Positions 1 through 10,484 of a stretch of 64,000 nucleotides of DNA are shown piece after piece. How positions within the stretch are numbered: the stretch's first letter is position 1; every line of letters begins with the position of its first letter. The notes under the pieces were generated by a model. That model did not search any database, had not been told where the DNA came from, and saw only the letters and a list, made by a program, of their open reading frames with translations. The position numbers were made by a program, and so were the translations under genes. Source of the DNA: Propionibacteriaceae bacterium UBA6122 (GTDB lineage: Bacteria; Actinomycetota; Actinomycetes; Propionibacteriales; Propionibacteriaceae); contig DIVW01000033.1 in NCBI GenBank assembly GCA_002428365.1, positions 3,714 to 67,713 of the forward strand, written 5' to 3'.

Positions 1-1042
1 TCAGGCCCCTCAGCGACGCGGTCGCGTCCGGCAGATTCGGGGTGCGCTCGCCCTCGAAATAGGGCACCAACACCACCCCGCCTGATCCTGGCTCCGCCGC
101 GAGGGCCAGCTGGCTCAGCCCGTCATGATCTACGCCCAGCAACTCCGCCATCGCATCCAGCGTGCGAGCAGCGTTGAGCGTGCACACCAATGGCAGGTAG
201 CCGCCAGTGGCGTCGGCAAACCCAGCCACTGTGCCGGTGACATCGGCAGCTGGGCCGCTGGCCGCGGCAAACACCGTGCCGCTGGTGCCTAGTGATACGA
301 CCACGTCTCCCGGCCGGGCATCCAGTCCGAGGGCGGCGGCAGCATTGTCGCCGGCACCGGCCCCGACCAGGAACCCGTCACCGGGTACGGACTCGACTGG
401 GCCGAGTAGCCGCGGCAGGACCGCGTCGTGGCCCAGGGCCAATATGAGCAGCTCCCGGTCATACTCGCCGGTCATTGGTGAGAAGTAGGCGGTGCCACTG
501 GCATCGGAACGATCGGTCACCAATTCGGTGAGGACGGGGCCGAGCGCTGACTCGCCCGCCGGGCCGTAGCCGCGCAGCCGCCAGGTCAGCCAGTCGTGCG
601 GCAGGCAGACTGCTGCTACCCGGGCGGCGTTTTCGGCCTCGCGGTCGCGCAACCAGCGAAGCTTGGTTGCGGTGAACGACGCCACCGGCAGCACGCCGGT
701 GCGGCGAACGTATTCCTCGGCCCCTACCTCTGCGATCAGATCCAGGGCCGCCGGCGCCGAGCGGGTGTCGTTCCACAGCAGAGCTGGGCGGATCACCCGT
801 CCATCGGCGTCGAGCACCACCATGCCGTGCTGCTGACCAGCAATGCTGATCGCAGCAATCTCACTCAGCCCGCCAGCCTGAGTCAGGGCTTCGGTCAGCG
901 CCGCCCACCAGGCATTCGGATCCACCTCGGTGCCCTCAGGGTGGGACGCCCGACCGGTGACCAAAAGCGCCCCCGTGACGGAGTCCCTGACGACGACCTT
1001 GCAGCTTTGGGTCGAGGAATCGACCCCGATCACCCGGGCCAT
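1..1042 (-). CDS. xylB: Xylulokinase (FGGY family), 3' end runs off the window
   Basis: Manual translation from ATG at 1042 gives [20 protein letters not shown]...ALLWNDTRS...[11 protein letters not shown]..., FGGY kinase motifs; directly downstream of xylA. Confidence 0.9.
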   Translation of the reverse strand, partial: MARVIGVDSSTQSCKVVVRDSVTGALLVTGRASHPEGTEVDPNAWWAALTEALTQAGGLSEIAAISIAGQQHGMVVLDADGRVIRPALLWNDTRSAPAALDLIAEVGAEEYVRRTGVLPVASFTATKLRWLRDREAENAARVAAVCLPHDWLTWRLRGYGPAGESALGPVLTELVTDRSDASGTAYFSPMTGEYDRELLILALGHDAVLPRLLGPVESVPGDGFLVGAGAGDNAAAALGLDARPGDVVVSLGTSGTVFAAASGPAADVTGTVAGFADATGGYLPLVCTLNAARTLDAMAELLGVDHDGLSQLALAAEPGSGGVVLVPYFEGERTPNLPDATASLRGL

Positions 1043-1075
1043 GCCAGCTCCTCTTGGGTCGGTGGCTGAGCTCGG

Positions 1076-2263
1076 CTAGCGAGCGCCGAGAAGGTGCTCG
1101 GTAGCCAGCTGTTGAAGCCGGACGAAGCCGAAGCCCTTGGCACTGAAGTACGAGCCGGCATCGAAGTCTTCAAAGGCGGAACGATCGGCCAGCAGTTCGT
1201 CGTAGCCTTCCCCGGCGGCCAGCGTCGGCACCGCCAGTTCGGGAACTTTAGCTGCGGCCAGCGCCTCTTGCACTTCGGGATCGGCCCGGAATGCCTTGGC
1301 ACGCTCCTTGAGCAACAGGTAGGTGCGCATGTTGGCCTGCGCGGAGTCCCACACCCCAGTCTCGTCCTCGGTACGGGAGGGCTTGTAGTCGAAGTGGCGC
1401 GGGCCGGTGTAGGACGGGCCACCGTTCGGGCCGCCGTTTTCCAGCAAATCAACCAGCGCGAAGGCGTTGTGCAAGTCACCGTGACCGAAGACCAGGTCCT
1501 GGTCGTACTTGATGCCACGCTGGCCATTGAGGTCAATGTGGAAGAGCTTGTCGTGATACAGGGCCTGCGCGATGCCGGCCGCGAAGTTCAGTCCGGCCAT
1601 CTGCTCGTGGCCCACCTCTGGGTTCAGGCCAACCAGCTCGGGGTGCTCAAGGGACTGAATGAAGGCCAAGGCGTGCCCGACCGTAGGCAGCAGAATGTCG
1701 CCGCGCGGCTCATTCGGCTTCGGCTCGATCGCGAACCGAATGTCATAGCCCTTGTCGAGCACATACTGCCCCAACAGGTTCACCGCTTCGCGGTAGCGCT
1801 CCAACGCCGCCCGAACGTCCTTGGCCGCGTCGTACTCGGCACCCTCACGCCCACCCCACATCACGAAGGTGGTGGCCCCCAGTTCGGCAGCCAGGTCCAG
1901 ATTGCGCAGCACCTTGCGGATCGCGAACCGCCGCACCGCGCGATCATTGGAGGTGAAGCCGCCGTCCTTGAAGACCGGGGCGCTGAACAGGTTGGTGGTG
2001 ATCATCGGCGTCTTCAGCCCGGTCGCCGCACAGGCGGCCTTGAGCCGATCTATCTGCGTGCGCCGCTCGGCATCGCTGGACCCGAACGCGAACAGGTCGT
2101 CATCATGAAGGGTGAGGCCGTAGGCCCCGTACTCGGCAAGCTTCTCCACCACATGGACGACATCCAGCGGCTTGCGGGTGGGCCCACCGAAGGGATCAGT
2201 GCCGTTGTAGCCGACGGTCCACAACCCGAAGGTGAATTTGTCGGCTGGCGTGGGTGTGGTCAC
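1076..2263 (-). CDS. xylA: Xylose isomerase (actinobacterial class I)
   Basis: [41 protein letters not shown] and HFDYKP motifs. Confidence 0.97.
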   Translation of the reverse strand: MTTPTPADKFTFGLWTVGYNGTDPFGGPTRKPLDVVHVVEKLAEYGAYGLTLHDDDLFAFGSSDAERRTQIDRLKAACAATGLKTPMITTNLFSAPVFKDGGFTSNDRAVRRFAIRKVLRNLDLAAELGATTFVMWGGREGAEYDAAKDVRAALERYREAVNLLGQYVLDKGYDIRFAIEPKPNEPRGDILLPTVGHALAFIQSLEHPELVGLNPEVGHEQMAGLNFAAGIAQALYHDKLFHIDLNGQRGIKYDQDLVFGHGDLHNAFALVDLLENGGPNGGPSYTGPRHFDYKPSRTEDETGVWDSAQANMRTYLLLKERAKAFRADPEVQEALAAAKVPELAVPTLAAGEGYDELLADRSAFEDFDAGSYFSAKGFGFVRLQQLATEHLLGAR

Positions 2264-2290
2264 GGAAGTCCAATCTCTCAGCTCTGAGCG

Positions 2291-2311
2291 TATGTTGCCA
2301 TCGCCAACTTA
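2291..2311. promoter_or_regulatory. Putative ROK/XylR operator 1 (TATGTTG-N7-CAACTTA) next to the xylA promoter
   Basis: Imperfect palindrome that recurs at 2468-2488; overlaps a TAAGTT -10-like hexamer on the minus strand. Confidence 0.6.
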
Positions 2312-2467
2312 TAGCACCTCCGTAAGCGCTGTCCATGGTGCCGTCCAACCCGATGGGAGGTAGGTAGCCACCCGGGTAGTTGCTGCGGCCGGACTTGACA
2401 GGCACACCCAAGCGGAGAGTTATCGAATTGTTACTTGGCCACCCTGGCGGGGCGGCGGGCCGCTGGT

Positions 2468-2488
2468 TATGTTGCCGTTATCAACAAA
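2468..2488. promoter_or_regulatory. Putative ROK/XylR operator 2 (TATGTTG-N7-CAACAAA) upstream of the sugar ABC operon
   Basis: Same spacing and arms as site 1; resembles ROK-family xylose operators. Confidence 0.6.
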
Positions 2489-2576
2489 GGGTTGCCATCG
2501 GCAGCCTTCTGAACCCGGAACAGCACGTTGAGGTGCGGCGCCGGGCTATCGCGACAGCATTCAGAGAGGAACACAT

Positions 2577-3683
2577 ATGTCGCACATGACCCGTCTCGTG
2601 GCAGTGGCGACGGCGAGCCTGCTGGCCTTCTCGCTAGGCGCATGCACTAGCGGTACCACCGGTGGTGGTGCAGCGACCGCCTGCAACGTTGGTATCACGA
2701 TGCCAACCCGCAGCCTCGAACGTTGGATCAATGATGGCGAGCAGCTGCAGTCCAAGCTGAAGGCAGCCGGCTGCACCGTCGATCTGCAGTACGCCGACAA
2801 CAAGGTTGATCAGCAGATCAGCCAAATCCAGAATCAGATCGCTGGCGGAGCAAAGATCCTGGTGATCGCGTCCATCGACGGCACCGCGCTGGGCCCGGTT
2901 CTGGCTGAGGCCGCCAAGCAGTCGATCAAGGTCATCGCCTATGACCGTCTGATCAACGGCAGCCCGAACGTCGACTACTACGCAACCTTCGACAACTACA
3001 AGGTCGGCAACCTCCAGGGAACCTTCCTCAAGGAGCAGCTGAAGCTCGACTCCGCCACTACGCCGATCAACTTCGAGCCCTTCGCCGGCAGCCCCGACGA
3101 CAACAACGCGAAGTTCTTCTTCTCCGGCGCATGGGATGTGCTCCTGCCTTACGTGACCAAGGGCACCTTGGTCGTGCCGAGTGGAAAGGCCCCCAAGTCG
3201 AACGACGAGTGGACCACCATTGGCATCCAGGGCTGGGCATCGGACAAGTCCCAGGCTGAGATGGACAACCGGCTTTCCTCCTTCTACAGCGGCGGCAAGA
3301 AGGTTCAGGCCGTTCTTTCACCGAACGACTCCCTGGCCATCGGTATTGAGGCCTCACTGAAGTCGGCTGGCTACAAGGTTGGCAGCGACTGGCCGCTGAT
3401 CACCGGCCAGGACGGCGACAAGGCCAACGTCAAGGCGATCCTGGCTGGCGAACAGTCCATGACCGTCTGGAAGGACACTCGCAAGCTCGGCGACCGGGTG
3501 TTCACCATGATTCAGCAGATCGTCAAGGGCGAGAAGGTTGAAGTCAACGACGAGAAGTCCTACAACAACGGGGTGAAGGTTGTTCCTTCCTACCTGATCG
3601 AGCCCGAGGTTGTGACCAAGGATCTCGTTCAGAGCAAGCTCATCGACTCCGGTTTCCTCAAGGCATCCGACGTCGGTCTGTGA
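2577..3683 (+). CDS. Multiple monosaccharide ABC transporter substrate-binding lipoprotein (ChvE-like)
   Basis: Lipobox [33 protein letters not shown] and ITGQD motifs of the ChvE family. Confidence 0.9.
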   Translation: MSHMTRLVAVATASLLAFSLGACTSGTTGGGAATACNVGITMPTRSLERWINDGEQLQSKLKAAGCTVDLQYADNKVDQQISQIQNQIAGGAKILVIASIDGTALGPVLAEAAKQSIKVIAYDRLINGSPNVDYYATFDNYKVGNLQGTFLKEQLKLDSATTPINFEPFAGSPDDNNAKFFFSGAWDVLLPYVTKGTLVVPSGKAPKSNDEWTTIGIQGWASDKSQAEMDNRLSSFYSGGKKVQAVLSPNDSLAIGIEASLKSAGYKVGSDWPLITGQDGDKANVKAILAGEQSMTVWKDTRKLGDRVFTMIQQIVKGEKVEVNDEKSYNNGVKVVPSYLIEPEVVTKDLVQSKLIDSGFLKASDVGL

Positions 3684-3692
3684 CCCAAACCT

Positions 3693-3724
3693 GGGCGGGG
3701 TGGCGGATCACCGTCACCCCGCCC
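3693..3724 (+). terminator. GC-rich stem-loop after the binding-protein gene (mRNA stabiliser or attenuator)
   Basis: GGGCGGGGTGGCGG-ATCA-CCGTCACCCCGCCC inverted repeat. Confidence 0.55.
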
Positions 3725-3753
3725 GCACAACGTCTGCCCAATGGAGGTCAACA

Positions 3754-5298
3754 ATGGCTGAGCGGGACCCGATCCTGCGGATGCGGGGCATAACCAAGGA
3801 CTTCAACGGGGTCCGAGCACTCGACGATGTTTCCCTCGAGGTGACCCGCGGTGAGGTACACGCCATCTGTGGCGAGAACGGCGCCGGCAAGTCCACCCTG
3901 ATGAAGGTGCTCAGCGGGGTCTACCCCCACGGCACCTACACCGGCACCATCGAACTCAATGGCGCCGACGCCGCCTTCACCGACATCAATGCCAGCGAGG
4001 CGTCCGGCATTGTCATCATTCATCAAGAACTGGCGCTCAACCCGCTGCAGTCGATCGCTGAGAACATCTTCCTCGGCAACGAACGCGCCCGGCGCGGCGT
4101 CATCAACTGGGATCGCACCACCATTGAAGCCGGCGTTCTGCTCAAGAAGGTCGGGCTCAAGGAAAACCCAGCCACCAAAATCTTCGAGATCGGGGTCGGC
4201 AAGCAGCAACTGATCGAGATCGCCAAGGCCATGGCCAAGGACGTCTCGCTACTGATCTTGGACGAACCCACCGCGGCCCTCAACGATGAGGACTCCGATC
4301 ACCTACTCGAACTGATCGCCGGCATGCGTGACCACGGCATCACCTGCATCCTGATTTCGCACAAACTGCGAGAGGTGCGCCGGATCGCCGACCGGGTCAC
4401 GGTGCTCCGCGATGGCAAGACCATCGAGACCATCGACATGTCTGATCCGGACGCGTCTGAAGGCCGAATCATCAAGGCGATGGTCGGGCGGGAGTTGAAC
4501 AATCTCTTCCCTCCGCACCAGCCACAGATCGGCCGCGAGATGTTCCGGGTTGAGGACTGGACCGCCTACCACCCGATTGACACCGGCCGCATCGTCGTCG
4601 ACCACGCTTCCTTCAACGTGCATGCCGGCGAGATCGTCGGGTTCGCTGGCCTGATGGGGGCCGGACGCACCGAACTGGCGATGAGCCTCTTCGGCCGCCT
4701 CTGGGGCACCAATATCTCCGGCAAGGTCTTCAAAGACGGTCAGGAGATCAGTACTGCGACGGTGGATGAGGCCGTGGCCCACGGCATCGCCTACGTCACT
4801 GAAGACCGCAAGCGCTACGGGCTGAATCTGATCGGCATGATCAGCACCAATATCTCGGCGGTGGCGCTGGCCCAGTTCGCCAAGTGGGGCATCATCGATC
4901 GCAACCGCGAGTACCTCACCGCTGAGGACTATCGGCGCAGCATGAACATCAAAACCCCTAGCGTTTCCGAACTCGTCGGCCGGCTCTCCGGCGGCAACCA
5001 ACAAAAGGTCGTGCTGAGCAAGTGGCTGGTCTCCGGCCCAGATGTGCTGATCCTCGACGAGCCCACCCGCGGCATTGACGTCGGCGCGAAGTACGAGATC
5101 TATGGCCTCATCAACCAGTTGGCCGAGCAAGGCAAGGCCGTGGTGATGATCTCCTCGGAGTTGCCCGAACTGCTCGGTATGTGCGATCGGATCTACGCCA
5201 TCTCCGAGGGCGCTATCACCGGCGATCTCAAGCGCGTGGAAGCGACCCAGGAAAACCTTATGTACCTCATGACCATGGGAAAGGAAGAGCTCCGATGA
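3754..5298 (+). CDS. Monosaccharide ABC transporter ATP-binding protein (GguA/MmsA-like)
   Basis: Walker [10 protein letters not shown], two ABC domains, [12 protein letters not shown] at 3754 after GGAGG. Confidence 0.92.
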   Translation: MAERDPILRMRGITKDFNGVRALDDVSLEVTRGEVHAICGENGAGKSTLMKVLSGVYPHGTYTGTIELNGADAAFTDINASEASGIVIIHQELALNPLQSIAENIFLGNERARRGVINWDRTTIEAGVLLKKVGLKENPATKIFEIGVGKQQLIEIAKAMAKDVSLLILDEPTAALNDEDSDHLLELIAGMRDHGITCILISHKLREVRRIADRVTVLRDGKTIETIDMSDPDASEGRIIKAMVGRELNNLFPPHQPQIGREMFRVEDWTAYHPIDTGRIVVDHASFNVHAGEIVGFAGLMGAGRTELAMSLFGRLWGTNISGKVFKDGQEISTATVDEAVAHGIAYVTEDRKRYGLNLIGMISTNISAVALAQFAKWGIIDRNREYLTAEDYRRSMNIKTPSVSELVGRLSGGNQQKVVLSKWLVSGPDVLILDEPTRGIDVGAKYEIYGLINQLAEQGKAVVMISSELPELLGMCDRIYAISEGAITGDLKRVEATQENLMYLMTMGKEELR

Positions 5299-6497
5299 GC
5301 GCTGAGACCCAAACCCCCACCGAACCCGCCGCCGTAGCTCCGCGCCGCCTGGCGATCGACCTGCGGCAGTACGGGATTTTGGCCGCGCTGGTGGCCATCA
5401 TCGTGCTCTTTGAGGTGCTCACCGGCGGCCGGTTGCTGATGCCAGGAAACGTCAACAACCTGATCCAGCAGAACTCCTATGTGCTGATCCTGGCGATCGG
5501 CATGGTCATGGTAATCATCGCTGGCCACATCGACTTGTCGGTCGGCTCGGTGGTGGCCATGGTTGGCGCCGTCGCGGCCTTGGCGATGAGTGAGTGGCAT
5601 CTGCCCTGGTGGTTGGCAGTGCTGGTGGCCTTGTTCGCCGGGGCGCTGGTTGGTGCTTGGCAGGGTTTCTGGGTGGCCTATGTGCAGATTCCGGCCTTCA
5701 TCGTGACGCTGGCCGGCATGCTGCTGTTCCGCGGCTTGACCCTGGTCTTCCTGCATGGCGGCACCATCGGTGGCCTGCCGAATGAGTTCGTGGCGATCGG
5801 CGCCGGCTGGCTACCCAGCTGGCTCGGCACGGTGGGGCGTACCGATGTGCTCACCATGGTCCTTGGCCTAGCCGCTTGCGTCCTGCTGGTGGTCTTCCAG
5901 GTCTCAGCCCGTAATGCCCGCAAGAAGCTGGCCTTGCCGGTGGAGGGGCTGGTTCAGCTCTGGGGCAAGGCCATCGTCGCCTCAGCAGCAATTCTGGCTG
6001 TGTGCTGGCAATTGGCCAACTACTCCGGCACCCCGATCATCCTGATCATCCTGGCCCTGCTGATTCTCAGCTACAACTTCATTTTGAATCGATCGGTCTT
6101 CGGCCGTCACGTCTATGCGATCGGCGGCAACTTCTTCGCCGCGGTGATGAGCGGGGTGAAGACCAAGCGAGTCAACTTCGCCTTGTTCGTCAACATTGGC
6201 ATGCTCGCCGCACTAGCTGGCGTGGTCAGCACTTCGCGCGCTGGCAGTGCGGTGGCCTCGGCTGGGCAGAACTATGAGCTGGACGCCATCGCTGCCGTCT
6301 TCATCGGCGGGGCTGCCGTCCAGGGCGGTGTGGGCACGGTCACCGGCGCGATGATCGGTGGCCTGGTGATGGGTGTGCTGAACATGGGCTTGTCGATTCT
6401 GTCGGTCGACGCGGCCTGGCAGATGGCAATCAAGGGGCTGGTCCTGCTGCTGGCGGTGGCTTTCGACCTGGTAAACAAGCGGCGCGGCGGGCGTTGA
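5295..6497 (+). CDS. Monosaccharide ABC transporter permease (GguB/MmsB-like)
   Basis: [19 protein letters not shown] and [12 protein letters not shown] motifs; ATGA overlap with the ATPase gene. Confidence 0.92.
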   Translation: MSAETQTPTEPAAVAPRRLAIDLRQYGILAALVAIIVLFEVLTGGRLLMPGNVNNLIQQNSYVLILAIGMVMVIIAGHIDLSVGSVVAMVGAVAALAMSEWHLPWWLAVLVALFAGALVGAWQGFWVAYVQIPAFIVTLAGMLLFRGLTLVFLHGGTIGGLPNEFVAIGAGWLPSWLGTVGRTDVLTMVLGLAACVLLVVFQVSARNARKKLALPVEGLVQLWGKAIVASAAILAVCWQLANYSGTPIILIILALLILSYNFILNRSVFGRHVYAIGGNFFAAVMSGVKTKRVNFALFVNIGMLAALAGVVSTSRAGSAVASAGQNYELDAIAAVFIGGAAVQGGVGTVTGAMIGGLVMGVLNMGLSILSVDAAWQMAIKGLVLLLAVAFDLVNKRRGGR

Positions 6498-6546
6498 GCC
6501 GCTGAGCCCGCGCCACGCGGTAACGTCTGGGCCGAACTAGCGGAGG

Positions 6547-7728
6547 GTGGCCACGAAGATGATGCCTGTTGGCACCACCGAGGACGTCCGACGGGCCAAT
6601 CTGGCTGCGATCCTTGGGTTGCTGTACCGGAACGGCCCGGCGTCTCGCGCAAGCCTGGGCCGAATCACCGGACGAAATCGCTCCACCATCGCCCGCCTGG
6701 TCACTGATCTGGTTGAGCTGCGGCTGGCCGACGAACGCGAACCTGAACTCGAAGAGCGCCGGGTCGGTCGGCCCAGTCCAGTGGTCAGTTTGCGTCCGGA
6801 AGCCACCGCGATCGCGATCAACCCCGAGATCGACGTCCTGACCATTGGCCTGGTTGGCCTGGACGGCACGGTGCGCAGAGTGGTGCGGCACGAATATGAC
6901 CGGATCCCCACCGCCGCCGAAGTGACCAGTATTTCGGCCGCGGTGATCTCGGGAATGCGGGTCGAGCTGGAAGGCCTGCTGGTCGTCGGTATTGGCGTGG
7001 CCGTCCCGGGCCAGGTGCAGACTGCCACCGGGGTGGTTCGCAACGCACCCCACCTGGCCTGGACCGATGAGCCGATGGCCGAACAGCTTGCCAAAGCCAC
7101 CGGCTACCGCGTCAGCGTGGCCAATGACGCCGCGTTGGGCGCGCTGGCCGAGCATGAGTTCGGTGCCGGTCGCTGCTGTGAGCACCTGATTTACCTCAAT
7201 GGTGGCGCCTCGGGCATTGGTGGCGGAGTGATCAGCTCCGGCCGGCTTCTCGGCGGCACCTCCGGGCATGCCGGCGAGTTCGGGCACATCCGGGTGAGTA
7301 GCTCTTCAGTCGAAGACTCTGCCGGGATAGTCGGCACCCTGGAGGCCGAGGTCAGCCGATTCGCCCTCCAGGAAGCTCTGGGCCTGGCCCGGGTCGAGCC
7401 GGGAACTTTCACCAAGTCGCTGCTGGCCAACCGGACCAAAGGGGTCACCTCGGTCGTCCATCGCCAACTTGAACACCTCGGCAGTGCCGTAGCCACGGCC
7501 ATCAATCTCTTCGACCCGCAGGTGATCGCCCTCGGCGGTTTCCTGGCGGCGTTGCAGGCCTACGACCCGCAGTTCCTGGCAGATCAGGTCGCGAGCTCGG
7601 CGCTGGCGCCGTCGCTGGAGGACGTGCGCATCACCGCCACCGAACTGGGCGAGGACCTGCTGATGATCGGCGCGGCCAGACTCGCCTTCGCTCCCCTACT
7701 TGCTGATCCGGCCTCGATCAGTAGGTGA
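6547..7728 (+). CDS. ROK-family transcriptional regulator (probable xylose repressor)
   Basis: N-terminal HTH (SRASLGRITGRNRSTIARLV), GIGVAVPG, VANDA, GIGGG and AGEFGH. Confidence 0.88.
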   Translation: MATKMMPVGTTEDVRRANLAAILGLLYRNGPASRASLGRITGRNRSTIARLVTDLVELRLADEREPELEERRVGRPSPVVSLRPEATAIAINPEIDVLTIGLVGLDGTVRRVVRHEYDRIPTAAEVTSISAAVISGMRVELEGLLVVGIGVAVPGQVQTATGVVRNAPHLAWTDEPMAEQLAKATGYRVSVANDAALGALAEHEFGAGRCCEHLIYLNGGASGIGGGVISSGRLLGGTSGHAGEFGHIRVSSSSVEDSAGIVGTLEAEVSRFALQEALGLARVEPGTFTKSLLANRTKGVTSVVHRQLEHLGSAVATAINLFDPQVIALGGFLAALQAYDPQFLADQVASSALAPSLEDVRITATELGEDLLMIGAARLAFAPLLADPASISR

Positions 7729-9130
7729 TGTCGTCGTGGCCGTGCAGCCGTCGAGCTGCTTCAGCCACCGAGCCAGACAACGAGGGGTAGACCGTAAAGG
7801 ACTCGGCCAACTGATCTACGGTCAGCTTCTGGCGCACCGCAATCGACAACGCGTGAATCAACTCTGAGGCCGACGGGGCTACCACGACGCCACCGATGAT
7901 GATGCCGGTGGTCGGCAGACTGAACAGCTTGACGAAGCCGTGGTCCAGCGCCTGCATCTTGGCTCGCGCATTGCCGGACAGCGGCAAAGTGACACTGTCC
8001 ACGGTGAGGTTGCCCTGATCGACCTCGGCCTGGCTAATGCCGACGGTGGCGATCTCCGGCGAAGTGAACACATTGGCTGAGACGGTGCGCAGATCCAATG
8101 GGCTGACCGAATCGCCCAGTGAGTGCCACATTGCGATCCGACCCTGCATGGCGGCCACGCTCGCCAGCGCGTTCACCCCGGTGCAGTCGCCAGCGGCATA
8201 GACGCCGCGGGCGGTCGTCCGCGAAACCCGATCGACCACGATGTGCCCCGTCGGGGTCAGCTGCACCCCAGCCTCGGCCAAGCCGATGCCGTCAGTGTTG
8301 GGCACCGCGCCGACCGCCATCAGACAGTGTGAGCCAATCACCTCGGTGCCATCAGCCAGACTGACGGCGACCTCATCACCACGCACTTCGGCGCCGACCG
8401 CTCGAGCCCGGCTGAGAATCGACATGCCACTGCTCTGGAAGACCTGTTGAATGACGTCGGCCGCGTCAGAATCCTGGCCAGGCAGCACCTTGTCCCGCGA
8501 AGACACCAGCGTCACCTTCACCCCAAGGGCGGTATAGGCGCTGGCGAACTCAGCACCAGTGACCCCGGAGCCCACCACGATCAGATGCTCGGGCACCTCG
8601 ACCAGGTTGTAGATCTGGGCCCAGTTGAAGATCCGCTTACCGTCGGGCTTGGCTGCGTCCAGCTCGCGCGGCTGAGCACCAGTGGCCACCAGCACGATAT
8701 CTGCGGTGAGGCGCTGTTCGCCCTCCACAGTGCTGGCGATCACCGCCCTGGTGCCGGCCAGCCGTCCGGTGCCGTTGATGATCCGCACCCCTTCAGCCTC
8801 GAGGCGGGCCGAAATGTCATCGGACTGGGCCTTGGCCAGAGCTTTGATCCGGGCATTCACCTTGGCCATATCGACTCGGACGGCATCGCGGAGGCGACGG
8901 GTGTCATCGTCCAGCCGCAGGCCCAGCTCTTCAGCCTTGCCGATCTTGGTCATTGCCTCAGCAGCGGCGATCAGCGTCTTGGAGGGCACCACATCAGTCA
9001 GAACTGCCGACCCACCGAGTCCACGGCGCTCGACCAGAGTGACCTCGCCACCGAGCTGCCGAGCCACCAGCGCCGCCTCATAGCCACCGGGTCCACCACC
9101 AAGAATCACCACATCAGTCACGCCGGTCAT
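7718..9130 (-). CDS. NAD(P)H-quinone dehydrogenase (mycobacterial LpdA-like flavoprotein disulfide reductase)
   Basis: GGGPGGYEAA; LTDVVPSK lacks the redox CxxxxC; VGSGVTGAEFA; C-terminal TVYPSLSGS instead of HPTLSE. Confidence 0.88.
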   Translation of the reverse strand: MTGVTDVVILGGGPGGYEAALVARQLGGEVTLVERRGLGGSAVLTDVVPSKTLIAAAEAMTKIGKAEELGLRLDDDTRRLRDAVRVDMAKVNARIKALAKAQSDDISARLEAEGVRIINGTGRLAGTRAVIASTVEGEQRLTADIVLVATGAQPRELDAAKPDGKRIFNWAQIYNLVEVPEHLIVVGSGVTGAEFASAYTALGVKVTLVSSRDKVLPGQDSDAADVIQQVFQSSGMSILSRARAVGAEVRGDEVAVSLADGTEVIGSHCLMAVGAVPNTDGIGLAEAGVQLTPTGHIVVDRVSRTTARGVYAAGDCTGVNALASVAAMQGRIAMWHSLGDSVSPLDLRTVSANVFTSPEIATVGISQAEVDQGNLTVDSVTLPLSGNARAKMQALDHGFVKLFSLPTTGIIIGGVVVAPSASELIHALSIAVRQKLTVDQLAESFTVYPSLSGSVAEAARRLHGHDDITY

Positions 9131-9213
9131 TGTTTCATGCCCGGGTTTGCCCGCCGACACCCCCATGACCGACCCTCACCAACCGAGGATGCCTTCCCAG
9201 CTAGGGTCAGGAG

Positions 9214-9684
9214 GTGACCTCACGAATCCGCCAGCTCGTAATCGTCGCCATCTCCGGCGTGGCTATCAGCATCTTTCTGACCATCTTCGGCCTGCCCGAA
9301 TCGACCCCCAACCAGATAATCGCGCTCGAACTCGGCGCACTGCCGCTTTCGATTGCTTTGGCTGCTGGCAACCTGATCCTGATCGAACGGGCGCAACGCG
9401 CCCCCGGCCCGCGCGGACGGCTGGGCCTGATCATCGGCTCAGTCACCAGCGGGTTCGGGCTGGTGGTGATGGCCCTGGCCTACCTGACCGGCCCTCGCGG
9501 TCTGGTGCAGTTCGGGCAGTTCCTGGTGTTCCTGGGCCTGCTCGGAGTGCTGCTGGTTGCCATCGCCCTGCAGACCTCTCGAACCACCGAGTGGTTCGGC
9601 CTGGAGGACGTCACCGACGGTGTCGAAATCGATGGCGAGGAGACCTCCGATCAAGCTGCCGAGCAGCCAACCACCTCGTTATAG
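9214..9684 (+). CDS. Hypothetical membrane protein (about 4 TM segments)
   Basis: Hydrophobic segments with an acidic tail; GGAGG adjacent to the GTG start. Confidence 0.6.
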   Translation: MTSRIRQLVIVAISGVAISIFLTIFGLPESTPNQIIALELGALPLSIALAAGNLILIERAQRAPGPRGRLGLIIGSVTSGFGLVVMALAYLTGPRGLVQFGQFLVFLGLLGVLLVAIALQTSRTTEWFGLEDVTDGVEIDGEETSDQAAEQPTTSL

Positions 9685-9691
9685 TCATCGG

Positions 9692-10474
9692 GTGAGTCAC
9701 CTAGCCGCAGCAGCCGAACTGCTCTCCCGCTTCTCGATCCCCTCCCTCGACATTGCCCTGGTACTGGGCTCTGGCTGGGCTGGCGCCTCAGTCGGCCTGG
9801 GCGAAACCATTGGCGAATGCGACCTGGCCGACCTGCCCGGTTTCGCCAAGCCGGTAGTGGTCGGCCACGGCGGTTCGCTGCGGGTCGTACGGACCCCTGG
9901 CGGCAAGATCGCGGCCCTGTTCAACGGCCGCACCCACTTCTACGAGGGCCGTGGCACCGGGCCGGTCGTGCATGGTGTGCGCACCGCCGCTGCGGCCGGG
10001 GCGAAGATCCTGGTGCTGACCAACGGCTGCGGCGGCCTCAACACCGACTGGGCCCCTGGCACGCCAGTGCTGATCAGCGACCACATCAACCTCACCGGCG
10101 CCACCCCGCTGGAAGGCGCCACCTTCATCGATCTCACCGAGGCCTACTCCCCTCGGCTGCGGCGGCTCGCCCACGAGGTGGAACCCACCCTGGCCGAAGG
10201 CGTGTACGTCCAGTTCCGCGGACCGCAGTACGAAACCCCCGCCGAAGTGCGAATGGCCAAGACTCTCGGTGGCGACCTGGTGGGCATGTCGACCGCCCTG
10301 GAGACCATCGCCGCCCGCGAGGCCGGGATGGAGGTGCTGGGCATTTCGCTGGTCACCAACCTTGGGGCCGGTATCTCCCCCACTCCGCTGGAGCACGGCG
10401 AGGTGATCGCAGCCGGAAAGGCCGCCGAACCCCGCCTGCGCGGCCTGCTGGCCGGCCTGCTTGAACGACTCTAG
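9692..10474 (+). CDS. punA: Purine-nucleoside phosphorylase (trimeric PunA type)
   Basis: VLGSGW, GRTHFYEG, LTNGCGG, GPQYETPAE, VGMST and SLVTN. Confidence 0.93.
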   Translation: MSHLAAAAELLSRFSIPSLDIALVLGSGWAGASVGLGETIGECDLADLPGFAKPVVVGHGGSLRVVRTPGGKIAALFNGRTHFYEGRGTGPVVHGVRTAAAAGAKILVLTNGCGGLNTDWAPGTPVLISDHINLTGATPLEGATFIDLTEAYSPRLRRLAHEVEPTLAEGVYVQFRGPQYETPAEVRMAKTLGGDLVGMSTALETIAAREAGMEVLGISLVTNLGAGISPTPLEHGEVIAAGKAAEPRLRGLLAGLLERL

Positions 10475-10484
10475 GAGGACACCC

